Below are positions 1 through 12,249 of a DNA stretch of 45,833 nucleotides, one piece after another; the first letter of the stretch is position 1; every line of letters begins with the position of its first letter. Under the pieces are notes generated by a model. It saw nothing but the letters and a program-made list of their open reading frames with translations, was not told where the DNA came from and made no database searches. Origin of the DNA: Atractiella rhizophila (Eukaryota); NCBI GenBank assembly GCA_021432655.1, contig MU271282.1:62001-107833 (forward strand), read 5' to 3'. Position numbers and translations under genes: made by a program.

Positions 1-17
1 GTGAGGGAGGGATGGAG

Positions 18-373
18 TGACAAATGTATTAGCGCTGCGAAGTACAAGACAACAATGAGTATATGTTGCATTCAGTATGTAAGGGAACGAGGGAGGGGTC
101 AAGAATTGCGCCGTTCGTGGGGGGCCTGCAGGTTCTTGGGGAGTGCAACGATCATCGGAGCGGCAAAGTTTTCTTGGCCCTCCCTCGAAGGGAACTACAT
201 TACCTGCGAAGGGCGAGACAACAATGAGTATAAGTCTCGCACTTGCAGGTTTACAAGCTTTTATAACAGAGAGATCCCTGTGGCAAAAGGTTGGCCACAG
301 TTCCAGAAAGTGCTCGAAGGAATCAACACGCAAGTGCACAAGTGGCGAAAGGAGGAGGCGCACAATTCTGTCA
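18..373 (-). mobile_element. Solo LTR, family A copy 1, interrupted by a MITE
   Basis: TGACA...TGTCA termini and 5-bp TSD TGGAG at 13-17 and 374-378. Reverse-complement copy of 3031-3280 apart from the insertion at 88-187. Strand assigned from TATAAAAG on the minus strand. Confidence 0.9.
88..187. mobile_element. 100-bp MITE with ~17-bp imperfect TIRs and 7-bp TSD
   Basis: Left end CGAGGGAGGGGTCAAGAA, right end TTCTTGGCCCTCCCTCG. AAGGGAA is duplicated at 81-87 and 188-194. The sister LTR has the empty site (minus strand TATGT-AAGGAAA-CTACATT). Confidence 0.88.
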
Positions 374-2447
374 TGGAGGTGGACGGCAGACTGTTTGACT
401 TGCGTTTTTTGTAAGCTGACAGTAGCACCGGAGTAGCATATCAGCTTTTCAATGCCTGCCACTGTGATGTTTACAAATAGTAGCTCCGTGTTGGTCTTGT
501 CTCGCCTCTTCGCTCTCTCAGCATCAGCAAATTCCCTGGCGCTGTAGCGTCTATCCTAGGAACACCGTATAGACTTCCTATGAGCTCCGAGCAGCCCCTA
601 TGGACCTTTAGGACCCTATGGCAAGCTTCAAATACCGACCTTCCACAAACTTTAACACCACCCATGACTCCAGAGTGACTCACCGCATTTCCCTATTGCC
701 TAAGGGGTCAACACGGATTAAGGGCTCTTCACTCATCCAAATTTTTTTTTCCAAGTTCATCCAGTTTGAATCTCATTCATCCTTATTCTCAAGATCTGCT
801 TGCATTCTGCCTGCACAGATTTCCTCAAACTGTCTCCTCTCTCCATTCCTACGAGCCTTCTCTCCCTCCAACCCTCCCAGACATGATGTCCTCCAAGCTA
901 CTGGCCACATCACCCATCTCGTGCTCTGACCCGGTGTCTCAATGCCAACAAAGACAGGAGTCTGGATCAATCTGAAGGGAGCTGGCTTATGTAGAGTGAT
1001 AAAAGCAGTGATATTACTGAGAAGGGTAAGTGGTTGATTTTCGGCATACCATCATGGATGGGATTTGTGATGCTCTCAATCAATCCTGCACTTATACTTC
1101 GTTTAGCTCACATCTCCTGCCCATCCTCCCCATTACTGATCCTTCCTACCCCTCAATTATCTGCAGTATTCTTGTTGCACAACCACCCTATCGCAGCTTA
1201 CGACCTCGGCCGTTCCTCACTTGGATTCATAGTATTGTTCTGTCTCACTTCACGAGGTGAAGGACTGGTCGGCTTTCACTTGTCCATTTTGAGTTGAATG
1301 TGCACAGGTCAGGAAGGACTCCAGGAAGTCAACAGATGGTCATTGAGCGAATTTAACTGTTCAAGCAGCTGTCACAGAGCTAGGGGTGCCTAATGTGAGT
1401 TCTATCTACATCCCTCTTAACTCACATTTACCTCTAAGTGATAATGTTCTCTTAGGCATTAAAGTGGTCATCTGTAGACTTGTTAGCAGTGATTGGATAT
1501 GAGAAGATAGAGCAGACAAGTGATCCGGTTCCTGCAGCACATGATAGTGGATGCTATAGTAGTTTTGCTGATTAATAAGTGGGGTTTATGGCATTATATA
1601 TATGTCACAAAGCATGGGAAGGCAGCCTACAAACGAAATGAGAGAGCAAACAAGGTGACTCATCCATAGCGCGATAGCCCCATAGCGCGATAGCAGCACT
1701 CCTAGCTGTCTAGGATAGAGCCCGGGTGACAAAAACCCTATGAGCTCCTATGAGCTATCATAGCGCCTATAGCTCCATAGACAACCATCCGAAAAGTGCT
1801 GATGAGTCCTCCCATTCATCACCCTTTCAGCGATGTTACCGGAGGGGTGAATGGCTCCGTGGCTTCGACATTCCCCAGAGACAGCGCATTGAGGAAGTTT
1901 GCGAAAAGTTCAAGTCGAAGGAACCTTTGAGAGAAGCACCATCCCTTCATTGTCGCATGTCCGAATTTTATGCCAGTTAATCGGCTTTCCACAACCGTCA
2001 ATATGTTTGGCATGTCCCAAATGGAGTATATTTAACTACTCGGCCGCAGGACATGTACACGGCCAATGTCTCTGAAGCGAAAGACTTCGACAGGGATATT
2101 CTTGCTGGAGAACGACTTGCCACTCAGCATCAAGTACACGTCAGAACCACGGATGAAGTGTCGGTCTTCAATTCATAACCTCATTCTACATGCTCCCAAA
2201 TTGAACAGCTCCACGCTTCATCAAAATTCTTGGCAAAGGTCTTACAGCTGAGCCACGAGCCAAGACCTGGCATCCTAGCTTGCTGAGGGGCATGAAGCCG
2301 TTGGATCTTTTTGGCTTGAATGACTGGAGTCAATAGCCTCCACAACTTCCTCTGCTTCTATAAAAACCCTCATTCCCCTCAGATATCAGGCTGATACCTG
2401 GTGGCAAAACCTGGATTTCAGCTGTTTTTAAGGTTTAGACCTGGATT

Positions 2448-2677
2448 TCCTTATATAAAAAGCACGATGGGTTTTGACCATGACTCATGCATGTACTTTT
2501 GAGCCCTTATATCACCGCCCTCAACAACCCTTTCAGAATTCTGAGTATACCACCAGAATACGTGTGTCGACGCCTTTAGAACCGTATACAGGAAAGGTGA
2601 TTTGAAACACGAAAAAAAATATTTTCAAAACTGAGTCAGGTGACTTCTCCCCGAGGGACGAGGGGCCGCTCAGCTTG
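2448..2677 (+). mobile_element. 230-bp non-autonomous mini-Helitron, same family as 35789-39348
   Basis: Starts TCCTTATATAAAAAGCACG and aligns over ~180 bp with the 5' end of the large Helitron (reverse complement of ~39170-39348). Ends with CCCCGAGGGACGAGGGG stem-loop then CTTG|T. The 5' flank is T rather than the canonical A. Confidence 0.85.
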
Positions 2678-3030
2678 TTTGCTAAAAAATGGGACACGAC
2701 CCTAAAGTGCCTCAACACTTGCATCAATTGCCAGATACCACATGGATTCCCAATCTGTAGGTATTTTGCTACATTCCATTCCCTTACAGCTAAGCTATAG
2801 CTCTCTTATTGAAGGACTGTGTTTTGCTGAGTCACCCCTGTGTTTTGTACCCTGCCACCCTGGATTTTTTGCAACAAGTGTTTTCAGCGACCAAGAAGAT
2901 GTTCGAAGTATGAGTCTTGCCTCAGATGCATCATAAAGATCTAATGGAAGCTTGTTTACAGTCCTGACCAGAAGGTGAAGCTCTTGTCCAATAGGAGCTA
3001 CGGTTCCTTTGGAGAGGGGAATGGGTTCCT

Positions 3031-3280
3031 TGACAGAATCGTGCGCCTCCTCCTTTCGTCACTTGCGCACTTGCACGTTTAGTTTCCTTCGAGCACTTCT
3101 GGAACTGTGGCCAACCTTTTGCCACAGGGATCTCTCTGTTATAAAAGCTTGTAAACCTGCAAGTGCAAGACTTATACTCATTGTTATCTCGCACTTCGCA
3201 GGTAATGTAGTTTCCTTACATACTAAATGCAACATATACTCATTGTCATCTCGCACTTCGCAGCACTAATACATTTGTCA
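3031..3280 (+). mobile_element. Solo LTR, family A copy 2 (250 bp, uninterrupted)
   Basis: TGACA...TGTCA termini, 5-bp TSD TTCCT at 3026-3030 and 3281-3285, TATAAAAG at ~3140, internal ~30-bp direct repeat (TATACTCATTGT.ATCTCGCACTTCGCAG). Confidence 0.9.
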
Positions 3281-3799
3281 TTCCTGTTCCGTGATACTCC
3301 TTTCCCTTTGATTGTCTAGCATTAACTTGTCCTTTATTGTGGACAGGGACATCTTTAGCCAAAGCTCCTCTCTGCTCGCCTGCTTCCACACACTCTCAAT
3401 AAGCGTACCATTGAAAGCTTCCGTTGCATGTCTACCTCCAGAATTCCCTCCAGTATTCTGTCCAATTATGCATGCACGTAACTCTTGATACAAACCTTCC
3501 CCTCTCGTTTTCTTTCGGTTTTACTACTTCTCAGCTTCACGTTGACAATGGAGGAGTCACCGCCCCTTTACTCCGAATTGTCAACAAGGTATTTGACAAA
3601 CCGAGAATTCTTCATACTGAAACAGGGCCAATGAAGTTTTTTTCTGGGGATTGAATTGATCAGGACACAAGACCAGGAAGAATATCGATGCATCAATGGG
3701 GTTATATATACCGAATTATCGAGAAAGCTGGTTTGGGATCTAAGAACCTGTCAAGATGATGTGTGACCCCTACGTAGACTTAACCGGGACATGTCGCCA

Positions 3800-4487
3800 A
3801 AGACTGCACAGGAGAAGGCTGAGATGGAAGGGATCCCGTATACGAACGTCGCTGGAGCACTGATCTAACTAACCACTGGCACACGTCCGGACATAGCTTT
3901 GCAGTTTCGGAAGCCTCATTCTATCTCAGCAATCCTGGACATCAGCATTGGCTCTCTGTGAGAGATGGATTTTACAATACCTCATAGGCATGCTCGACAT
4001 CCGGATTACCTTTGGTGAGTATGTGTCCTCAGCACCTATTATCCGTGCCTACTCCGATGGGGATCATGGGGGGACTCTAACACATGATCAGTATCAGGGG
4101 TGGTTTTCATGCTAGAAAACAGATCGATCTCTATCTCCAGCACTGAAGCAGAGTACCTTGCAACGTCACTTGTCACTCGGGAGCTGTTATGGCTCAGTGA
4201 GGAATTGAAGGAACTAGGGGCAGAACAAGAAAACTCCACCTTGATTCGAGGCGATAATTGTGTGGCACTAACCTTGGCATCACATCCGTCATGCATGGGA
4301 AGACTAAGCATATCGAAATACACTATCATTACCACATGCGAACACTAGAGTGGATTCCATCTACGGAGATGGTGACAGTTATCATGACGAAGGGATAGGC
4401 AGCCCTTCTACACTGGGTCTTTTGCAATAAGTTGGGTCTGGTTCCATCACGCCTCTTCTCCTTTTGCCGTCGTTGGCTTGTGGGGGG
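3800..4487 (+). mobile_element. Ty1/Copia retrotransposon remnant (RT C-terminus and RNase H), degenerate
   Basis: Across frames: GIPYTNVAGALI*LTTGTRPDIA, NPGHQHW, AYSDGD, SISISSTEAEY..RELLWL..GDN..A..L, KTKHIEIHYH, EMVT..MTKG. G-rich PPT-like tract at ~4480. Stops and frameshifts present. The left boundary is approximate. Confidence 0.9.
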
Positions 4488-5432
4488 TTTTAAGGATAGA
4501 ACATGAAAACACGGAGGTAAATTGCAGATATCGCATGCTCACTGACTCTATTAATTTATAGTTTGTTTTTTAATAGTTCTTGTGCGTTCAACTTTTACCC
4601 CGATAGGTCTCCGTCAGGATAGTAGCATGGAAAGTGAACGCACAGTGAACGCACCAGTTTGTTGGAATCTAAACATCTTCCATGATGCAGAACGGACTTT
4701 ACTGATCTCCTTGCCATCCTGTTCTAACTTCTAAGCATCATGATAGACAGTCGAAAATAAGTCAATCTGAATTGAATTAAAGGATGACTCATCAAGAGAA
4801 TGAAGAAGTGTTGAAAGAGCAATGAGTATCAACCCTCGATCGACTGAGCTCTGGTCTTGAAGAGTGATGTTGTTTATATCATATCCTCCTTGTGTATCCT
4901 TGACAACATACCTATGTAAGGTAGAAGCAGCAGAGATTTCATTTTAATATCCTTCATTGTTACAAATCTTGTGCCTCATGCCCATTGGAACGAACCGCAT
5001 ACAGCACTGCTTCCAGATAATGAATCGTGTACAGGTCGACTCTTTCAGAGGAGACAGGTTTGTAAATGACAGAACGTGAAAGACTCGTCTGCATAAATAA
5101 GATGAAAACATATAGAAAAGTTATCAAGCATGTTTATGGATGGAGAAATCATGATATGGAATAGGATGGCCATGGCCATGTACACAGATTGCGGTGAAGT
5201 AACAATACCTGTGACACCGACGGCATCAGCATCCCTAGGCAGACCGACCAATTCGACATATGACAATTTCCTTTCTTTCTCCGCTTCAATTTCCTCACTC
5301 AGAAAATCTAACCTTCATCACCATTTCAGCAACACCGCCCTTGGTCATCAACTCCCGCATCTTCCTTCTCTCCAAACCGGCTGCTAGTCGCCAAGCGATA
5401 AAAACTCTTTCCTTCCAACGTGTCCACAATCG

Positions 5433-5597
5433 TATCAGAGTTTGGCACGGTTTTAAGCTGCATTCGTGCCACTGTCATTTGTGGCTCTAGTTTTCTTTCC
5501 CCTTTGCCGTTTCTCTCATTTTGCCGAGTTCCTCAAGGTATAAAAAGCCCATTATAACTTCATTGTAATGCATTCCTTTAGACCCTTGGAATCAACA
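5433..5597 (+). mobile_element. Solo LTR, family B copy 1 (165 bp)
   Basis: 5-bp TSD AATCG at 5428-5432 and 5598-5602. Ends TCAACA. Start TATCAGAG is a transition-decayed form of TGTCGGAG in the sister copy at 21982. Contains TATAAAAAG. Confidence 0.85.
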
Positions 5598-6599
5598 AAT
5601 CGTGTTTCTCCTCTTCCTCAGGAAAGCAGGAGGCTGGTCAAAGGTTGAGATTGGCGGTAGACATGGTTGCATCGATATGTGGGGACAGACGGCAGGGAGT
5701 GAAAGTGAATCCACGTAGGCTGCGATGGAAAGGGCGGAGCGACGTGAAACGATGATACTATGACCATTGGATACCGTAGTTTGTGAAGTTCGAAGGACAA
5801 GGTTCAAATAGTAGTGAAGCCAAAATCCTGGTTGGTAATGGAGTGATGGAGTAGGGGAGATGAGTTGAAGGGTTGGCTATGTAATATTGGACTGACAAGG
5901 GAAGGAGATTTGCGCGGTTTTGATAAAGGACCAGTAATAAGAGGCAAAGGCTAGATCCTTGGAAGACCCGAAAGCAAAGAGAAGCAAAAAACTGGTGGAT
6001 GCTGCCAGCCCTTTATTCGATGACCTTGTTCCAATCAGGAGGAAGAAGGAAAGCCAACAAGGCCTTCGATGGCCTCAAGGACAACGGCCTTGTTGATGTA
6101 AAATGCGTAATCGTTCGGCCGATGCAGAAGCGCAAATAAGACTGGCGAAAATGGTATTAAGCACTGGGCTACACAGTAGGTGACAAAAGGCTAAACATTT
6201 GTCAGTTTAAAGAGAAGGAGCAACAGTTGAAGGGGCGCAAGGCGACTTGGGTGTTAGCCATATAACTCTACCCCTCCCGGCAAAAATCCGCCAATCCCTT
6301 CCTAGTAATACCTCACCCCTCCATTCAATCACAACCAGGAACCATATCTTCATCAATTTTTATTTCGATACACGCGCGCTACCAGAGCTCAACAAGGGCA
6401 TGATGATACCTACAAGGAACCGAGCAACGATGTAGAAGGAGAAAATGTGAGAGCCTCTATTGACTACATCAAAAACTGTCTAAAGGATACAAGAGAGAGA
6501 GATGTAAACTGGTGTTGGCGGACACCAACAGCGGTACGTCACTCTCTATGTGGACAAGGTTATTCAGATGGGTCCAGTGGTCGGATGTCGCATCTTCAA

Positions 6600-7457
6600 T
6601 CAAGACAAATCTATGTGAGGGAATCATTAAATTCGAAGGCTCAGCAAACACCTGGCCTGTATATAGTCTTATTTCTCACTTGAATGTCTCAAAATCATCG
6701 TATCTTGAGACGACGAAGGTTCTGCATCGATCTCCGATCTTGTCATCCTTCATAGGAAGATGGAACGACGGCATAGACGATGAAGCATGTCGAGCAATGA
6801 TGTCGATGAAGATGGCTTCGAGCCTCTCTGCAGAGTACACGTAGCCTCCTTTTGAGATGGGAGTTTCTTCGGAAAAGACTTGCTGCACGATCTGTTCGTA
6901 TGCACGGATGCATTCTCGAACAGTCATTCCCAATTATCCCAACATGAGGGCAATCCATCCTCCTGTAGAAGTTCCACAGATGAGATTGAAAACATGCAGG
7001 GTCGAACCTCTTCTCCTTCGGGAACGCCGGGGAGTTCTCCAACTTGGAGCATGACGATTTCGAGCGCATAAAGCGTGGAAAAGGTACAGATGCCGCCATT
7101 GTCAATAGCAAGGATTCGGACGCCTTGGTCGTTCGTCTTCTTGACATTTTCGAGGGCTTTGAAAATCTTGACAGTTTGAATGTGAGAGTGGCCACGGGCT
7201 AAGGAAGTTGTTGGAGTAGTAGCTATGGAGGTAACGGGCGATGCGGTACGCGATAAGAAGCGAAATTGTTTAGCCAGAACTGCCGCTTTGACAAGGAGTG
7301 GGCTGGGTCGAGAGTACAAAAGATTTTGAACTCCGACGCCTTCATTAGACAGAGGAAGTTGTCGTGAATCAGCCTTGAATGCGTTGTCGTCATCAGACAA
7401 TTTGCTGGGATTTGATGAAGAAGGCTGAGGCATCTTTTCGAAGGCTGAGGCATCCAT
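6600..7457 (-). pseudogene. Patatin-like phospholipase pseudogene (3' truncated)
   Basis: VRILAIDNGG glycine-rich loop, then after a frameshift near 6993 FNLICGTSTGGWIALMLG*LGMTVRECI (GxSxG elbow) and DRCRTFVV. In-frame stops present. Clear paralogue of 32103-34500. The 3' limit is approximate. Confidence 0.88.
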
Positions 7458-7812
7458 CGCTTAGAGCACGAGATGAAATCTCCGACGATTGACCGGAACT
7501 CGTTGTTAAAGTTGAGACGAAACTGAGGAAATGGGTGTCAGATCTGGACCAGAGCTACCAGGAGGCCAAAGAATACTTGAAACTGGCTGTAAAGAAGAAA
7601 CATAGAATACGGAATACAATTCAGATGTATGCCGATCCAAAGATCCGTACGTACGAATGCATGAAAGAAAATGCGACAAATGTGAGGACCAGACGAACTT
7701 GAATGTAAGGATGTGAGGATAATAAAAGGGGAGGGAAGCTGAGGGCAACTTGATCAATTTGTTAAATCGCAAGACGGATGATCGAATTCTAAGAAAAGAA
7801 GGATGTACTTAG

Positions 7813-10800
7813 TATGGCTGGCGGTTGGCTCGAGCTCAACTTAACTTTAATTCCTGGCTTTCACTCAGTTTTCACAATTTGTTTGACTAATGGGGCCAGC
7901 ACCGAACTGTTCCCGAACCATGTCTTTGGTTACCGATACCATCATGCTACCAACATAAGTAACAATGAGTCATCCTTTCAACAGTTGCAGTTGATACTGC
8001 CCGAGTTTTCCGCCCGCACAAAACAGAAAAAATAGATTGGCAAGTCAGGCAAGTCCTCTCCTTATTCCACCCCATCAGGAGGAAGGAGGTCCATGAAGCC
8101 CTGGAAAGAGTCCTTTGACTGGTTAGGTGGCTGTCAGGTGGTGAGGATGTGGCGAGCACTCGATAGGTGGAATTTCCGGACTCCGAGATTGCTCTCTGGG
8201 CACTCAAAGAAGCAATCTGATATGTGAACGAAACGATTGAATTGGAACCCAGCTAGACCACCCCCGTCGTGCAAGTATCGGGGACGTACACAACGCCCAC
8301 AACCCCAACAATGTTCACACTACGAAAATATGTCCCTGCGATAATGATTTTGTGGTGTTGAAGAGTAGTTTGGCACTCATTGGTGGAGCGTCAGGGGACG
8401 ATTGCCGGAGGCTTGTGGACGCATTGGGGAGACGTTGGACGGCCATGGGAGGAGCGTTGGGGTAGCATTGGAAAACTATTTTGGATTGATTTGTGGAGGG
8501 TGTGGTGGTCATTTTGGAAGTGTTGTGGAGGAGTTGTTCCATGATTGTGTAACAAGCAGTCTGCTCTGCAAGCATTACAGTGTAATCGCCCCATCCTCTC
8601 CAAAGGAGATTCCCATGGTTCTTCAGATACAAATCATTGTGTAACATCATACCATTGCATGCATTATAAGGTACCCACAACCTTCCAGCTCCACCCCTTC
8701 ACCACCTAGGTTCAATCTTTCCATCCTCTTCATTGCTCTTACCTCCCTCCCCAATCTTCCCCCATCCTTCCTCTCCCATATTGATAGTTAAGGTCTTTCA
8801 TGGCTTGCTCTCATCCACAATGCGCTGCCTAAATACAAACATGGTCAGTTTGCTCTGCAGATTGAGTCTCAGGTAATCTGCTATTAAGGTAGTTTCTCTT
8901 CTTTGAAAGATCTGGTAACCCCATTTAACGAGAAAGAGGTGAGCAAAAGTGGTTGAGAAATCATTCCAGGTCGTTGTATGGAGAGTACCTAAGCCATTGA
9001 TAAACAAGATTTTCAAATGGGTACAGGTGCAAAGGCTTAACAGATCAATGAAAGAAGCTTCGTCTGTTGATCATGTCGGCCAGACAATGCGTCATCAAGA
9101 TCAAATGATTGAGAAGGACTGCTGACGCATGTCATTGATCATACAGGATCCAGAGTCAGATTCTTGAGAAGATCAGAGAGCAGAAAGTAATAAGTGCTTG
9201 GTTGCAAGCTCTGAACTGCAGAGTGACACGTTTTTGGCAGCAGAACACTTCTGCCGGGATCCAACATTGTTCAGCGCAGTGAATCGACGTGACACTTGAA
9301 CACAAATCAATGATCCATTGAAGTCTCCACCCACCCTTGGCTGATTTATCAACTACAGACGCACTTTTTTTGCCCAATTCCACCTTCAATAATCAAGATA
9401 AAACATTCCCACATAATATAAGGATTATCGCTCTCCCCGCATAAGTCGAAACCCAAGTCGAATTACTTGGAATTGTCAAAAAAAACACGTCGAAAAAACT
9501 GTTCCTCAAAAGTGAAAATTCGGTCACCAGGAGTAAAAAGCGCATCCAGAGTGGGAAAAATCGTCCTTAAACTGACTCCCTATATCCCTAACACAACAGA
9601 AGAAGTTTGACACACATAGGAAAGGCGAGAGCCATCAAATTGTCGAGTTTGTTGTTTCCGCCTTGTCAAGTTTGTGGTTGTTTGCATTCTGACATTACAT
9701 TTCCGACTGCCTCTGTTCTGCTTTCTTCAGGCTCGAAGGAGAACGACACAAGTTTGTCAACCAGCGAGGGAGTGTTAGGAGGGAATGCAGAAATCAGGTA
9801 AATTTTTTGCTAGTCGCTTGCATGAATTGGTTGAAAGAGAGTCCTTAACTTACTGTGGACTGGGTGTCTGTGTGACGGCAGTCATTATAAGTATGAAGGG
9901 ACTCTCTGGATATCACTTCATTCATGCAAGCTTGTTCCTAGTTTTTATTGAGATGGTGATACCTCCTACGTGGATTGATAACAGAAGCTTTCACGCTACG
10001 CTTGCCACGACGCAGAACGCTCAGCATCCTCTCTATCACTAACACCTCTCCATTTGTAGTTGAAATCTCACAGAATGGGCATGCGCTTCTGTGTTGTGCC
10101 TTTCCTGCTCTTTTTGCACGACGTCAAGCACAACTTCAGACCTTCAAACGACCTAGAGAGCTCAGAGACGTTTCCAGAAGGTGTAGTATACTTTGTGATT
10201 CAAGGTATGTATTTCATCTTCATTGAGGGATAATAGGTGGCTTTAGTCACATGTCAGCATGTCATTGCCATTGCAGTGTTCTGATGCCCAATGGTTCGCA
10301 ATGGACCCGCGATCCATGGGCCAACTCCTCTGGTGCTAGCTCAAGCACAATGCTAAGAGCAGCGGCCTCCAGGTTGTGCTGGAATATTGCTCTTAATTTT
10401 TCTGTATCCTTTAGTCAAGGTTATAATAAATTTCTATCTTTATCTTGGAACAGCTTCCACCTCTTTCTTCGCATGACCCTTTTCGGTTTGTTATGTCCGA
10501 CACCATTCCTCTCCTTAGCAGTGTGTGTACTCCCTCCCTTGCCTTCTGCTTATTCTCTTATAACTACATAGTGTGTTTGCTTGGCAGCTGCCCCGTCCTC
10601 CTCATACCTTCTGCTCTTGCCGCCTACCTCTACCTTCGAAAGGCAGCCGTGATACACCTGTGTTCACTGTCTCGTCGGCACCAGGAAATCGCCTGCATCT
10701 CCATAACCACATCGCATCGACTGCCTATGTCGTAACATGTGGACGTGTGTGGCTTTGACGGATTCATCATCGCCTCGTGATGGGCTTGAGGCTTGAGTTG

Positions 10801-11564
10801 AAAGCTTCTGGTGATGGAAGGACAAAGTTGTGGCATTTGATTTGGATAAACGATAAAAGTTGATTGTATATGTATAACACGTGACCTAAGATTCAAAGGA
10901 TAATAGATAGAATTTGGACGAAATATTTCAACTTGACTGAGAACAAGCACAAATAGACTCATATTCAGAATGGAATGACAAATGAACATCACGAAATACC
11001 ACCTCTTCATTGCAACCATTGTCCACCCTCCATTGTGTCGTGCCAATCATTAAAGGCATCAGACCCGTCATTAGGGAATACAAACACATAAACAATATTC
11101 AGACTACCATCCACTGTCTCCATTCCTTTAGCAAGTGTCAATATCCTTGATGTTCAAAGACTTTGGAACGCCAAATTTGTTGAACTGCTGCTCTCTCACA
11201 TCTTGCATCTGCATCCCATCCTTTCTCCTTCCCTCACCCACTCTCATTTCCTTTCTCCAGCACTGGAGCCTCGATCTAATAGTTGAGTACCAAGCATAGA
11301 GGCGTTAAGCCTTTGCCGAAAGATCTGACACTTGAACACACGCTGAAGAATGAAGGAGATGAATCTATCGTTTCCATATCCATCACCCCGTTGATCCAAA
11401 GCTAAGGATACGAAGTCAGTGCGCAGTCATGGTCACATTTTTTGGTACCTTGCGCTACAGTTGCCTACACCTTCGGAACAATTGAGCCGGGTATCTCGTA
11501 AGCTGTCAGACCTTTCACTCAAAACGTAAAGTTAGAGTTAAGCTCGAGCCAACCGCCAACCGTA
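7813..11564. mobile_element. 3.75-kb TIR DNA transposon with 6-bp TSD, IS3EU-like termini, no recognisable intact ORF
   Basis: Left TIR TATGGCTGGCGGTTGGCTCGAGCTCAACTTAACTTTA. Right TIR (reverse complement) TACGGTTGGCGGTTGGCTCGAGCTTAACTCTAACTTTA. ACTTAG is duplicated at 7807-7812 and 11565-11570. The superfamily is inferred from TAY..RTA ends and TSD length only. Confidence 0.85.
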
Positions 11565-12249
11565 ACTTAGAACCATCCAGCACTGAAGAACTCTTGTCTA
11601 GCGCAACCGAAAAGGGGTCCTAAGAAGAAGTGGGGTTGTGGATAGGTTGAAGTTATGCTTCCGCTTGAGCAAATGGAGATATGAAGGCTGCACAATGTTG
11701 AATTGACGAGGGAGAACATAAAATTCATCCCACCAACTTCCGCTCATCCTCAAGGCCGACATGCCGATAAATCGAAGACTCACAAGACTCCTGAGACTCT
11801 TTCTCCGACCATGCAGAAACGCTCTCACGCTCAACACACAAACTCAGGAACAGTCCTAATCTTGCTCTCTTCGACAGTGTGAGCGAGTGTGAGAGAGAGA
11901 CGATCGAGTGTTCGCCGACGCAACAAAGGCTGGGTTCCCAGAAGCTCCTGCATTCATTAAAGTTCTCAAGACTCTATCTCACATCCCAAGATGCATCGAC
12001 GCTCTCAGGCTTCCCAGTGCTACGTGTTGAAGTATCAAAAGTAAAATACAGTGGACATGCTTACATTTGGCATCCAATAGCAAATAGTAATGTGAAATGT
12101 GCGAACTTTGAAGAGACACAAAAAACAGAATATACCCCAACGACTAGTAAATCAAACTGATCAAAATGATACTGCAGCGCCGACTAACTTTGAAGCTGTA
12201 GAATGAAACAGGAGACTGTAATAACTTCCAGCAGGCAAGGCAGCAGTCC

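Noticed and set aside
1..436. ORFs 1-414, 143-436, 2931-3194 and 3059-3256 as a duplicated protein gene
   Set aside because: Their similarity is explained by non-coding solo LTR copies, and the ORFs cross the element boundaries.
4660..4908. TGTTG...CAACA segment as another solo LTR, and an adjacent TGAACGCACA inverted repeat at 4581-4655
   Set aside because: No TSD (CAGTT vs TACCT) and no second copy in the window.
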